NCBI GenBank assembly: GCA_964654745.1
Contig: CAZZKA010000001.1
Coordinates: 1 to 52,536, forward strand
Direction of reading: 5' to 3'
Length of the DNA stretch: 52,536 bases
From: an uncultured Bordetella sp.
GTDB lineage: Bacteria; Pseudomonadota; Gammaproteobacteria; Burkholderiales; Burkholderiaceae_E
Below the pieces are notes generated by a model that worked only from the letters and a program-made list of their open reading frames with translations, searched no databases and was not told the DNA's origin. The position numbers and the translations under genes were made by a program. Shown in pieces: positions 1-12,700 of this stretch (the first letter of the stretch is position 1; every line of letters starts with the position of its first letter).

Positions 1-739
1 AAGGCGGTCGCGGTGACCGAACTCACCGTCACGCCCTGGGCAAAGCGGATCGAATAGCCCTGCGAGGTCACCCCGGCGCTGCTGCTGTCAAATGCAACCG
101 TCACCTTGCCGCGCCCGACAAGCGCCTCGAGCGCTTCCTGGATCGCGACAGTCTGGCGGTTTTTGTCGGCGATGTAGCGAATATCAGCGGTGGTGCGCGT
201 GCCGTCGGGCATCGCAAGCTGCAGCCGTAGCTTCGCGCCGGTCACCGTGCTGGCCTGGGGCGTCAACAGGAGGTAATGGCGCGAGACCGCCGCGGCGGTA
301 CCAAGGCTCGTGACGCTGATGCTGCCCCACTCATCCTTGTACGACGGATCGGCGGGCGGGGTCATGCCGAGGCCGGTAACAAGGCGGCCGTTGTAGGCGC
401 TACCAACCAGGGTGATGGAAAACCCCGCCGCTCGCGTCCCGCCCACGGAGACTGCACCCGCGCCGAGGAGTACGTTGAGCCCTCGCGTGAGTTCGGCCGC
501 AAAGGCAGCGTCGTTCAGTCCGGTCGAGCGGATCGTTTCGCTGCGCCCGCCATAGCTGAATACGTAGGCGCCCTCACGGAAGGCAAGACTGCCATCACTT
601 GCCGTACGTGAGGCCGTCAGACGGTAGACGGTCGAGGTCATCACCCCGCCCGCCTGCAGTTCGCTCACCACGCCCTCGGCCTGCGTCTGCGCGCGGCTGA
701 TCACTTCGGGCGGCACGATGCGCACCGGCGTCTGCTTGG
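1..739 (-). repeat. Array C of GNV-signature units (at least 2, continues past the window edge)
   Basis: Codon-checked: ...LNVLLGAGAVSVGGTRAAGFSITLVGSAYNGRLVTGLGMT... and ...VAIQEALEALVGRGKVTVAFDSSSSAGVTSQGYSIRFAQGVTV. Confidence 0.7.
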
Positions 740-3700
740 TGACGGCAAATTCACCGCTCAAATTGGCAAACCCGGCGATGCCGAGTTGCACCGCACCGGC
801 AAGCTGGAAATTGCCGGACCCGTCAAACCGGGTGGCGAGCGTACCCTCCAGGGTCAGTCCGTCGACTCCGGTAACCGCCGCCACCCCGCTCACGCTGCCC
901 GACTTGGTACCGTCGGCAGCTATCAGGATCTGGCCGTTACCGCTGGAAAGCGAGACCCTGGCTGTACCCGCAGCAACCGACGCATACGCATTGCGAGCGG
1001 AGATGGTCCAGCTCTGGCCCTGGGCTTCTTCATTGAGGACCAGATCGAATTCGCCACCGAGTTCGGCCGGGCCGAACCATAGACTGCCCTTGATCGCCAA
1101 CTTGAACACTTGCGCACCGTCGGCGAGCACCAGACTGCGCCCGGGTGCCAGAGTGAGCGTGGTGCTCTGGCGGTCATCGGCACCATTCCAGTCGATGACG
1201 ACACCGCCCGGCGCGAGCAACCCGGTACTGCCGAACTGGCGGTTGATCTCGAGCGACGCGCCGGTGATGTCAGCGCGCACGCCTGCGGCCAACTCGGCCG
1301 AGCCAACCTGTGCACGGGTGGCAAGCCAGCGGCGCGCCGTCTGGCCGGTCGAAACCAGCTCGGTGGCGATCACCACGCCTAGCTGGGTCTGCTGGAGCGC
1401 GGCGCCGACGGTCGAGTTGCCAAAGCGTGCGGCAAGGTTGGCGCCGCCAACCAGCAACTGGTTGACGCGGGCGCTGCTGCCATCGCTCAGCAGAACAGCC
1501 TGATCGGTGCGCGACTCGATGAACAGATCGCCCGAGGCCTGAACCACACCGGCCAGATCGACTGACATCCTGCCGCGCGCGCGCGTCTCGTTGTCGACGA
1601 GGTCAAGGCGGTAGGTTCCCCGTGCCGTTGCTACCTCATCGACGAGTGCACTGCCCCATCGGTTGACTGCGATCAGCAGGCTGTCAGCCTTCACATCCAG
1701 ACCGGGGACGCCCGCCACCGCGACATTGCCCTCGGCGACGGCAGCGTATTGCTTCGTCACGGTCGCCGTAGCGCCGCTGCCCGTCGTGGTGTGCCGCAGC
1801 ACCACCGCGCCTGTACCGCCACTCAGGGTGATGCTCGCCGAGCCAGCGCTCAGCGAACCGTTGGCCTGATCAACGCCGATTCGGATATCGGTGACAGTCG
1901 AGGCCTGACCGTTGACCGTCTTGGTCTGCGTCGTTGATACGAGCTTGAGCTGACCCGAGACCTGTACCGCGCCGGCCACATCGATCGAGCCCTGAAGGAT
2001 GGTGATTTCCTTGCGCTCGATCCCATCGCTGAAGGCAACCGTTCGATTGGGCGAAGTCAGCCCGGTTTTGACGCTCTGACTGACCGCGCGGCCAAGCGTG
2101 TTGATCTGAACGACAGCGTCGGCCTGCAGGCTTACCTGTCCCGAGAATCCGGACAGGCTTGCCTGACCGGACGCATAAAGGGCAAAGCCAGGCTTGGCAG
2201 CGACGACGCCAACCTGCGGAGGCGTATTGCGCGAAATGACGAGACCCAACTCGGCCTGGTTGATCACCACGCCCGCGGAGGCTGTGCCAACCGCGACGTT
2301 GACGCCGGATGCTCCGATCAGGAGATAGTTATCGGGCTCAGCGACCGCCTTGAGAAGCTGCAGCTCGACCGCGGGCAGCGCCTTGCCAGTGAGCGCGCCA
2401 GTCGCTACGAGGCGGAAGGTGCCGGGCGTGCCCGCCACTTCCTGCAGCGCGATGTTGTTGCGGCCAACGCCCGGCAGACTTTCGAGCGCGGTCTTGAGTT
2501 CAGCCTGCCAGGCCTGTGCGCTCGCGGCCGCGCGCACATCGATGGTGTGCACCCAATCGGAGCCGCCGGCTGGCCGAATGCGGATCGCGCTCGCGAGCTC
2601 CCCGGTATCCGAGAACCGAAGATCGATCGTGCGTACCGCTTGCACCGCAAGGGGCGCGACGTTTCGGCCCGCGAGCGCCCCCTGGAAGCGGATATCCCAT
2701 CCACCGCCCGCCAATTCCACCGCCACGTTGCCCGAGCCGATCGTCGAAAGCGCCTCGAGGGCTGAACGCAGCGCCGCCGCGGTGAGGCCCTCCGACTGCA
2801 GCACGGTAGTGAACCGGCCATTGAAGCCGAGCTGAAAAGCACCCGCAGCGGATACCTGGAGCCTTTGCACCTCGCTCGTGGTGCTGCCGGTAGCGGTCTG
2901 CGTCAACGAGGCAGCCGGTGCCTGCCGCGGCGTCACCGTCCCCTGGAGCGGCGCAAACTGCTGGCCTACCGCGGCCCCGCCGAGCGTGACCCGCCATTGG
3001 TTTGCCGCGACATCAAAGCTGGCGCTAGCGGTCGCACCCGTCGCCGAGAATGCTCTGCCATCCGCGGTTTTTGCGGCGAGGAGCGCGCTCACGAGCGCGG
3101 CGCCGCCGGAGGTGGTGTCGTTGAGCGTGGCAAAGCTGATCGGCGCGGTCGTGTACTGACCGGCCGCACCGGTGAGCCCGCTGCTCAGCACCGTCAGCGT
3201 CGCGGCCGGTGCGGTCTGTGCGTTCACCTCCCGGCTGATCGCCGCGATACTCTGGCCGAGAGCCGATCCGCCGAAGGCGATCTGCCAAAGCCCCTGAGCA
3301 TTGACCGTGACGGTCGCTGTGACACCGGTGCTGCCAAGGCTGGCCCCGGCGGTCGCTGTCGCGGCAAGGAGCGCCGACTGGAGCGCACTCGCGCTCGCCT
3401 GCATGCTGATGGCCGCGGTGCGGAAAGTCTGCCCGCCAACCTGCAGAGACAGCGTGAAGGTGCCGGCGATATCGGCTGGCCAACGGCTGAGCGTGTGTAC
3501 CGCCCCGGTCGCGGCTGCGGTCGAACCGCTCGCGCCAGTAAGGGCGTACTGCATCCCAGCCGTGACCCCGGTATTAGTCGCGCTCAACTGCCCCAGCGCG
3601 CGCACCCGTTCGGCCATGGTCCCGGTAAAGCTGATCTCGTAGGCCTGGTCGTAGCTCGGCGACCGAATCTGCCGGACGGTGATATCGGAGGACTGGTAGA

Positions 3701-6700
3701 CCTTCTGCGGCTGGCCCGCCACATTGGCGGTCAACAGCCGCGTGCTGTAGGTGGCCGTGCTGCCGGTGAGGGCCATCAGCGCATCGATGAGATGGCGACC
3801 CTGCGAATCCTGCAGGTTGACGAATTTGACGCTGGCGGACTTCGGACTGTTTGCGAAGCTAAGCGCAAAGCTGTCGGAGTTGGTGGTCGCGCCGCCTGCG
3901 GGAACCTGAATGCGCAGCGTGTAGGCGCTCGGGATCGAGCCCGACTGCGCCTGCTGGATGACTTCACTGCGGTCCGAGGCGGCTACGGCTGCCGCGGGGT
4001 CTGTCGGCGCGCGCATGAAGAGCCCCGTGCCGCCGGCTGCACTGTCGACGGCAACCGACTGCCCAGCCCAGCTGCCAGTGAAGCGAAGCTCAAAGCCGGC
4101 GCTGCGCGAACCACTCACGAGTACATTACCGGCGCCGAACAGCTGCTCAAACGCACTGCCCAGACGCTCGCGCAATACGGTGTCGGTCAGCGCACTGCCG
4201 CTCGCGCTCAACGAGCCCACGCTGACCGTGGTCCCGGCAAAGCTGAAAGCGTAGACGCCCTCCCGGAACCGGCCGCTCGCGCTGTCGTAGGCACCCAGTC
4301 TCAGACGCGTGTCGCTGCGCGCCTGGAAATCAAAGCCGTAGGTGATCGTCCCCTCGGTCCCGGCCGGCATAAGGTCAAGCGCATGGACCGCGCCGCTGGC
4401 GGTCGTTGCCTGCGCAATCAGGTAGTTGCTGCCCCAGTCGCTGCGTTGACTTGGGTCGGCTGGCAGCGTGACCGACAGGCCCTGGATCGCCTGACCCGAG
4501 AGGGTGCCCGCGAGCGTGATCGCAAAGCCGCCTTCTTTGGTCCCGGTGACGACAGCATTGCCAAACCCAAACAGACTTTGCGCAGCCGCCTGCAGTTTCT
4601 GCAACCACACCGCGTCCTGATCGGCTGCAAGGAGCCTGACCTGAGCGCTCGCCGATCCGTAAGCAAGGCTATAGGAACCCTCGCGCACCCGAAGACTCGA
4701 GCCGCTGCCTTCCGCAACGGCGAGCCGGAAGCTGCTCGAGCTGCGGACGCCGCCCTGCTGCGTTTCGGTGATGCTGGCGGTGACCCCCGCAGTCTGAGTC
4801 GCCGTCTGGCTAGCGGGCTGAGCGGTCTGCAGAGCATTCTGCGTGACCGCGAACTGCCCGTTGATGGAAGCAAAGCCCGCAATCGCTATGTCGGCCGCTC
4901 CGGCAAGCTCAAGATTGCCCTGGCTGTCAAAGCGCGTTGCGAAAGTTCCTGTGAGGGTGAGGTCGGAGACCCCGGTCACCGACGCGGTACCTGTGATCAC
5001 TCCGCTGCGCTGAGCCGCGCCGTAGGCGCCGCTTGCATCGTTCTTGCCCAGCCAGAGGTCGCCCGTGCCGTTGCTCAGCCCAACCCGCGCGCCATTAGCC
5101 TGCAAGCCGACGGAGACATTGGTTGCCCGGATGTGCCAGGCGCGATCGCCCTGGGCAGACTGGTCGAGCTCGATATTGAACTGGCCCGACATACTCGCCG
5201 GACCGAAGGCCATCGCACCGTCGACATCAAGCTTGAAAGTACGCTGGCCCTGCGCGAAGCTCAGACTCTGGTCGGGCGAAATCGCGATCGCCGTGCTGGC
5301 CGAATCGGCGGGCCCGTTCCAGTCGATCACCGACCGGGTGCCGGACAGTTCGAGCGCGCCGTTGACGAGTTCGGTATTGAGGAGCAGGCGTGCCGAGCGA
5401 ATATCGGCCAGTGCGTAACCCTGCACTGTGGCAGCACCGAGGAGCGCCTGCGCGCTGATCCAGCGACGCGTCCCCGCCCCACGTTCGGTGCTCAGCACGA
5501 CTGCGATGTCAAGATCCCGCAGGCTCGCGCCCACCGTGCTGTTGCCCAGACTGCCCGAGATACCTGCGCCGCCAAAGATCAGCTGATTGACCGAAACCGA
5601 ATTGCCATCGGTCAGCGTCACGGTAGCCGCGTTGGCGTCGGATCGGCTCTCGATGAACATATCACCGGAAACGCTCAGCGCACCGGCAACCTCGACGTTC
5701 ATCCGGCCGCGCACGCGCGTCTCGTTATCGAGAAGATTCATCGCGTAGTCGCCCGAGCCGGTCGCGACCACCTCGTTTTCGAGGGCGCGCCCCAGGCGGT
5801 TGTAGGCGATGCTGAGCTCCTGGGCATCCAGCGTCACACCGCTGATGCCGCTCAGGGCAAGATTGCCGCCGACCTGAAGGGCGTAGCGCGATGAAGCCGT
5901 CCCGCCGCTCGGCGTAATTTTTTCGATAAGGATCGCCCCGCTCGCCCCGGAGAGCGTCGCGCCGACGCCTCCCGGGGTGAGCTGTCCGCTGACCCCGGAG
6001 AGCCCGATGCGAAGCGTGCTGGTAGTAATGCCGCCCGTGGTGACGGTCTCGGAGCGAATGCCCATCGCGCCGCGCAACTGGCCGCCAAGCGCGCTGATGC
6101 TGACCGTCCCATCGCTGATCAGCAGCTCCTTGACCGCATTACCCGAAGCGAACTCGATCGCCAGCGACGCGCCGCCGACGGTGATCGAGCGCGAAACCGC
6201 TTCTCCGAGTGTGTTGACGCGAACGGCAGCCGTTGCGCTGAGCGACAGGTCGGCCAGGCCGCTCACCCCAGCCGTGCCGTTGGCGACTAGCGCGTATCCG
6301 GACTCGCCAAGGGCGTTGCGGGCGATGTAGAGGCCAAGCGAGCCGCCCGAGATCGTGACGCCGCCGAAATCCGCCTGGACGTTGCCCAGCCCGACCAGGA
6401 GCCTGGGATCGGACGAACTGTCTTTCTCGACCGAGAAACTGCCCGACAGGCTGCCGAATCCATCGACCGCCACGGACACATTGTTGCCGGACAGGCGGAG
6501 ATTGTTGGCGCTGAAACTCGCGCTCAGCGTGCCGGAAAAACTCAATCCCGCGAGCCCTGAAACCGACGCTGTACCGGTCATGGTGCCGGTCCGGTTGGCT
6601 CCGTTCAGGTAGAAGCTGCCGCTGCCGTTGGACAGGGCCACCGATGCGCCGCTCGCCGAGACGCCGACGCTGACGTTCTGTGCCTGAATGTCCCAGATAC

Positions 6701-9700
6701 GCTGACCGCTTGCCGCGTCCTTGTCGAGCACGATCTTGAAATCGCCCGACAGGCGGGTCGGTCCGAAGTCGAGCGCACCAGAGACCGGGATCTCCCATCG
6801 GCGATCGGCCATGTTGATGAGCGCCTGCTTGCCGCTGTCGATCGCGGACAACGCGATCGTCCGCGCCTGGGCACCAGACCAGTCGAGCGCTGCGCGCGAA
6901 TTGTCTTCGATGAAATTGCCCGCCGCATCCATCGCCTGATTGAGGCGTAACTGGGCTGTCCTAAGATCGGCGAGCGCGTTGCCTAGCACATTGATCGAAC
7001 CGAGGTTGCCAAGCGCGGTAAGCCAGCGCTGACCAGCATCGGCGGCATTCTGCGAGAACACGAGCGCGAGATCGACGCCGCCAAGCTGGGCGAGCGTGCT
7101 CGACCCGGATGCGTAAACGAGCGAGAGCCCCGTGCCGCCCAACACAGTCTGGTTGAGCGATACGGTGCCGCCTCCCTGCAGGGCCTGACTGACCGCATTG
7201 CGTGCCTCGACGAATACCTCACCCGAAACGGTCAGGCCCGCCACTGACGCGGTCGCTACGCCGCTCACACGGGTCTCGTTGTCGAGCAGATCGACGGTGT
7301 AGCTGCCCGCGCCGGTATTGACCGCGAGCCCGCGCACGGCGCTGCCCAGACGGTTGTAGGCGACCCGCATCTGCGAGGCGGTGAGGCTCACCCCGGAGCC
7401 GGCGAGACTCACATTGCCCTCGAGCTGAACCGCATGCGTACTTGCCGCCGAGCCGATCTTTTTGAGGAGGATCGCGCCCGCTCCTGAGCTCAGCTGAGCG
7501 GTAAGGGCGCCCAGCGAAAGAGAACCACTCACGCCAGACAGACCGATCCGCATGTCGTTGACGGTCTGGCCATTGACGACCGATGCGCTCGAGGTGATCG
7601 CCAAGGCTCCGCTCACAGTGCCGAGTCCGGTGACGCTGAGGCTGCCGCTGGAGATCGACACTTCCTGGATTCTCGATCGGTCGGCGAAGCTGATGCTCAC
7701 CCCGCCGATCTGGGCGTTGACCGTCTGGCCAAGCGTGTTGATGCGCACCGACGCCGTCGCGGTCAAGCTGACACCTGAGAAACCATTGAGACTCGCGCTG
7801 CCATCGGCCACAAGCGCGTAGCCTGCTCCCGTCTCAGACGTGCCTGCAATGTAGAGGCCGAGGTTGGCGTTACTTACTGTCACGCCTGCGCCACCCGCGC
7901 CAAACGAGGCGGAGACCCCGGTTGCGCCGATCAGAATCTGACCGCCCGCGCTCTTGCTTGCCGTCAGGTTGCCGCTCAACGATCCGAACCCGGCGACATT
8001 TATCGCCATTGAACTGCCACTGAGGGTGAGCCCCGTTCCGCTGAACGAGGCAGAGAAGTTGCCGCTCGCCGATACGCCGGCGAGCCCCTCCACGACAGCC
8101 GTCCCGGAGATCGATCCGCTTCGGGTATTGCCGGGACCGAGCACCAGCGTGCCACTCGCGCCTTCGATGCCGACGTACGCGCCGCCGCTGCGAAAGCCCA
8201 CGCTTGCACCGGCTGCGTCGACAGTCCAGACCTTGTCTGCACCGCTCTGATCAAGCGTGATCTTGAAATCACCGGAAATCAGCGCGCCGCCAATGTCGAT
8301 CGATCCGCTGACAGGGATCTCAAATCTCGGCAGCGATTGCGCAAGGACCAGGGATTTGGTCGCTGACAGGGAAATGGTCTGCGGGTTGGTCGCCCAGTTG
8401 ATGACCGAACGCGCGGCGTCGGTGGCATGATTGGCCGCGCTGATCAACGCCCCCGCTGCGTCATAAGCACGATTGATGTGCATTTGCGCCGACTGGAGGT
8501 CGCTCAGCGTGTACCCCATGACGCTGGCCGAACTGAGCGCGGTGCTGCCGGTGATCCAGCGCCGCGCGTTGCTTGTGACGTCCTCGGTACTCACGATCGC
8601 TGCGATGTCGATGCCGCCCAGGCTCGCGATCTGGCTCGCGCCCGAACGCAGTACAGCACCGACCCCCGCGCCGCTGACGACCAGCTGCTTGGTCTGGATC
8701 TGGCTGCCGTTGGTCAGCGTGACCGTCTGCGCAAGACGGCTTTCGATCGACAGCGCGCCGCTCAGCTCCAGCGTGTCAGCGAGGGTTACGGTCGCCTGGC
8801 CATTGAGCCGGGTCTCGCCGTCCAGCATGGAGACCGCGTAGTCGCTGCTGGGGGTTGCCACCGTCGCGGCAAGCGCTTCACCCCAACGGCTGTACGATAC
8901 GCGCAGCGCCGCGTTGAGGTTGAGCCCCGGCGCGGTGAGGGCAACATTGCCATCGGCCTGAAGCGCGACGCGGCGCGTGATCGCACCGGCCGCGTCGACC
9001 TGATGGCGCAGCATCAGTGCGCCCGCCGCTCCGGTGAGCGAGGCCTGCGCGCCGCCAAGAGACAGCGTGCCGCCGGCGTTTTCAAAGCCGATCGATACGT
9101 CGGTCGTTACGACGCCGTTGCTGATCCGGTTGGTAGTGACCAGCTTGAGGTCGCCCTGCACATGCCCTAGGCCGGTGACATCAATACGGCCGTTGGTGAT
9201 CACAAGCTCTTTGCGCGCAAGCCCGTCAGCAAAAGCAAGCGTAGACGATGTGGTGAGGCCGGTGGGGATAGAAAGGTTTACAGCCTCGCCCAACGCATTG
9301 ACTCGCAACTGCGCAGCCGCCGAGAGGGTCACCGAGCCACTGAAGCCAGAAAGCGCGGCGTTGCCGGAGACCTGCAGCGCGTAGCCATCGGTACCATCGG
9401 CTCGCTTGGTGACAAGAAGCGCCAGTTCGCCGTTTTGAACCGCTGCGCCGACGCCGCCGCTGCCCACCTGCGCGGTGACACCGTTCGCACCGATCAGAAG
9501 CCGCTCCGCGCTCACCTGTGCCACGCGTGAGACCGTTGCCTTGAGCTGCGGCATGGGCGCACCGGCGAGCCCGTTGACAAAGCTCACATCGAAGGTCAGC
9601 GGTTGGCCCGCGCGCGCTTGCACCGATACATGATCCGCGCTCAGGTCGGGCAGCGACCCTATCAGCAGCTTGAGGGTCTGCGCGATCGCCTCGTCGCCAA

Positions 9701-12700
9701 GCCCGGCGATGCTTAGTTCGGCCGATACGTCGCTACGGTCGGCGAGCTGCACCGACACTGCCGTCGGTCGAAGGCCTCCGGTCATCGCAAGCGACAGCGT
9801 CTGCACCGGGAGTACCACCAGCGAAGGGACATCACGGGCGGCAAGGCCGCCCTGGTACGCCACGGTGTACTGTCCTGCAGTCCCGGTCGCCGCGACGGCG
9901 AGGTTATCGCCGCTGGAAATCGCCGGCAGTCCCGCCAACGCATCGCGCAGGCTCTGCGCGGTGAGCGTCGCCGCATCGAGGATATCGGTGGTCTGGTTCA
10001 GTCCATCGAAGGCAAGCCTGAAACGACCTGCCGGCACGGGAAGGGACAGCGTCTGAGTCTCACTGCTGGTGCTCGCCTGCCGGAAAACCGCAAGGCCAGC
10101 CTCCGGCGCAGCCACCGCACTGGTGATCCGTCCCAACATGACGTCAAGGTCAAGATCGCTCGCCGACCCGCCAAACGCCACGCGCCAGACCTTGGCACCG
10201 TCGGACTGGGTGAGCAGGTCTACGGCGAGCTCGACGCCGCGCTGCGCGAGACTTTGCCCATCGGGTGCGCGCGCGGCGAGCAGCGCAGACTTGACCTGCT
10301 GCGCCGACGCCGAAAACGAGAGCGGGCCGGTGGTATGGGTCTTGCCCTGCATCCAGAGGCTGAGCTCGAAGGTACCGACAACACGTTCGTCGTAGAGGCG
10401 AACCGTCTGCACCGCACCGATCGCCGCGCTGCCGTCGCGTGAGGTTGAGACAGATGGGCTAAGTCCCGCACTCGCCGCGCCCACCTGCAGCGCAGGAAGG
10501 TTTTGCGCCGCCAGCGTGCCCGCAAAACTTATCTGGAAGCGCGAGCTCGAAAGCGTTGAGGCGGGATCGTAGGCAACGCTCACATTGCCGGTACCGAGCG
10601 CGGTCTGCAGCGCAGTTTCGATCGCCCTTGCCTGCTTTATCACCGAAAACCCTGGTGATCCCTGCCGAACGGTCTTGAGCGCAAGCTTGATGTCCGAGCT
10701 GGAGCTGAAGCCCTGCAGCGCGGATACGTCCAGGCCCGCGCGCGCCCCCCGGAAATCGATGACGTAGTCGACGCTGTTGTGACCGGTGTAGCCCTTCTGG
10801 TAGCTCACGCTCACGTTACCCGCGCCAACCACCGCCTCGAGCGCCTGCTGCAGCTGCGCGGTGTGATAGGTCGGGTCCGCGGAAAAGCGGACCTTGCTCG
10901 TCGTACGACCGTCGAGGGACAACCAGAACTGACCCGACGCGCGGTTGGCAGCCGTGATGGTGAGCACCTGGCGCTCGTTAACCGCGCTGTCGCTGCCGTC
11001 GACGACAATCGGCGCGGTAACCGAGCCGGCCAGCGACAGCGTGAAACTGCCTCCCGCACCCGAAGCGCGGTTGAGAACCAGCTGCTGGACTTCGCTGCGC
11101 GCGATCTGCATCGCAGCGGTTTCTTCGATGACGCCCCAATCGTTTTTATCGGCGGGATCCGGCGGCTGGATCAGCCACAGCCCGGGTTGGTCGCCTGCCG
11201 AGGCGAGCGCGATCGGCTGGCCAGCAAGCGAGCCGATGAATTCGGCGTCAAATCCTCCGGTGCGCGTTCCCTTGACCTGAACATTGCCGGCACCCACGAC
11301 CGCGAGCCGCTCGAAGGCGGCCTGGATCCTTGCTGCGAGTACCTCATCGGTGACCGGCCGGCCGGCTGCGGTGTCGGCATCGAGCGTGCTGAAGGTCTGG
11401 CTCTGCCCGCCCCAGCTGATGGTGTAGAGGCCCTCGCGAGTGAACTTACCGGTCTGATCCGACACGTTGAGGCGAACGACTGCTGTGGTGATCTCACCCC
11501 CGGCGCGGCTCGTCCCTACCGTCGCGCCCGCGCCTACCGTGCTGCTCAGACTCTCGAAAACCGGTACCGACTGAATGGCTGGCTCGCGGATAACCGAGAA
11601 CGAACCCGCAAGCTGACCGACCCCGGCGATGCCGAGCTCCATCGCACCTGCGAGCTTTAGCCGATCGTTGGCAAAGCTTGCGCTCAGACTGCCGCTGGCC
11701 GAGACCCCGTTGATACCCGTGACGGATCCATCGCCAGACAGGGTGCCAGTCACGCCCGACGAAGAGATTCGCAGATCACCGGTGACGTTTTCGATGCTCG
11801 CGCGCGCGCCATTGGCCTGCAGCGAAACGCTCGCATTGGTGGCCAGCACCTGCCACGCCGGGACCGTCTGGCCGTTCTCGACGACGCTACCCGCAACCAC
11901 ATGGAAAGTTCCGCTGATCTGCGCGCCGCCGATCGCAAGCGTGCCCTGCACCGCCGTGGCGAGCCGCGAGACCTGGGTATCGAGGACAAGGGCCGCCGTA
12001 TCGCTAATGACCAACGGCAGGCCGGCACTGTTGGCACCAGGCCGCCAGTTGATGACTTTTTCGTCGCCCCCCGCGTAAAGGGCGCCATCACTCGCGAGCT
12101 GCCGGTTGATGTCGAGCATGCCGATATCGATGCTCGCCCGTGCGACTCCAGTCACCTCGGCCGAGCCGACGGTCGCGCTCGTGCTGAGCCAGCGTCGCTG
12201 CGCACCGGTGGTTTCGGTGCTGAGCGCCATGGCGAGATTGACATTACCCAACGCCAGGCTCGCGCCCGCGCGTACGCTTGCCGACAACCCCGCGCCACCG
12301 AGGAGCAGCAGGTCGGCCGTCGCGGTGCTGCCGTCGCTCAGGGTGAGCGTCTGGTTGCGGCGCGACTCGAGGAAAATGTCTCCCTCAGCGCTCAACCAGT
12401 CACCGATGCCCACAGCGGCATAGCCGCGTACCCGGGTCTCGTTATCGATCTGGTCCATCAACACCCAGCCGCCAGGCGTGGCGATACTGCGTTCGACAGC
12501 CGCGCCGCTGCGGTTGATACCGACCTGCAGTCGCTGGGCGCTCAGGCTCAGTCCCGCAACGCCGGTGAGCGCCGCTTCGCCCTCGGCCTGGATCGCATAG
12601 CGCAGAACGGGCTGGTTGCTGACGGTCTCTGAGAACAGAAGGAGGGCGCCGCTTCCTCCCGACAGCGAAACAGCAGGGCCACCGAGGCTGAGCGAACCCG

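Noticed and set aside
2865-5894. 1,009-aa plus-strand ORF, the longest ORF the track lists inside the giant-gene interval
   Set aside because: It is antisense to the giant minus-strand gene. Its translation is dominated by Arg/Gly/Ala/Pro with no recognisable motif. Long stop-free antisense frames are expected in GC-rich genes, because sense-strand TTA, CTA and TCA codons are rare. The minus frame has repeat structure and coherent sequence.
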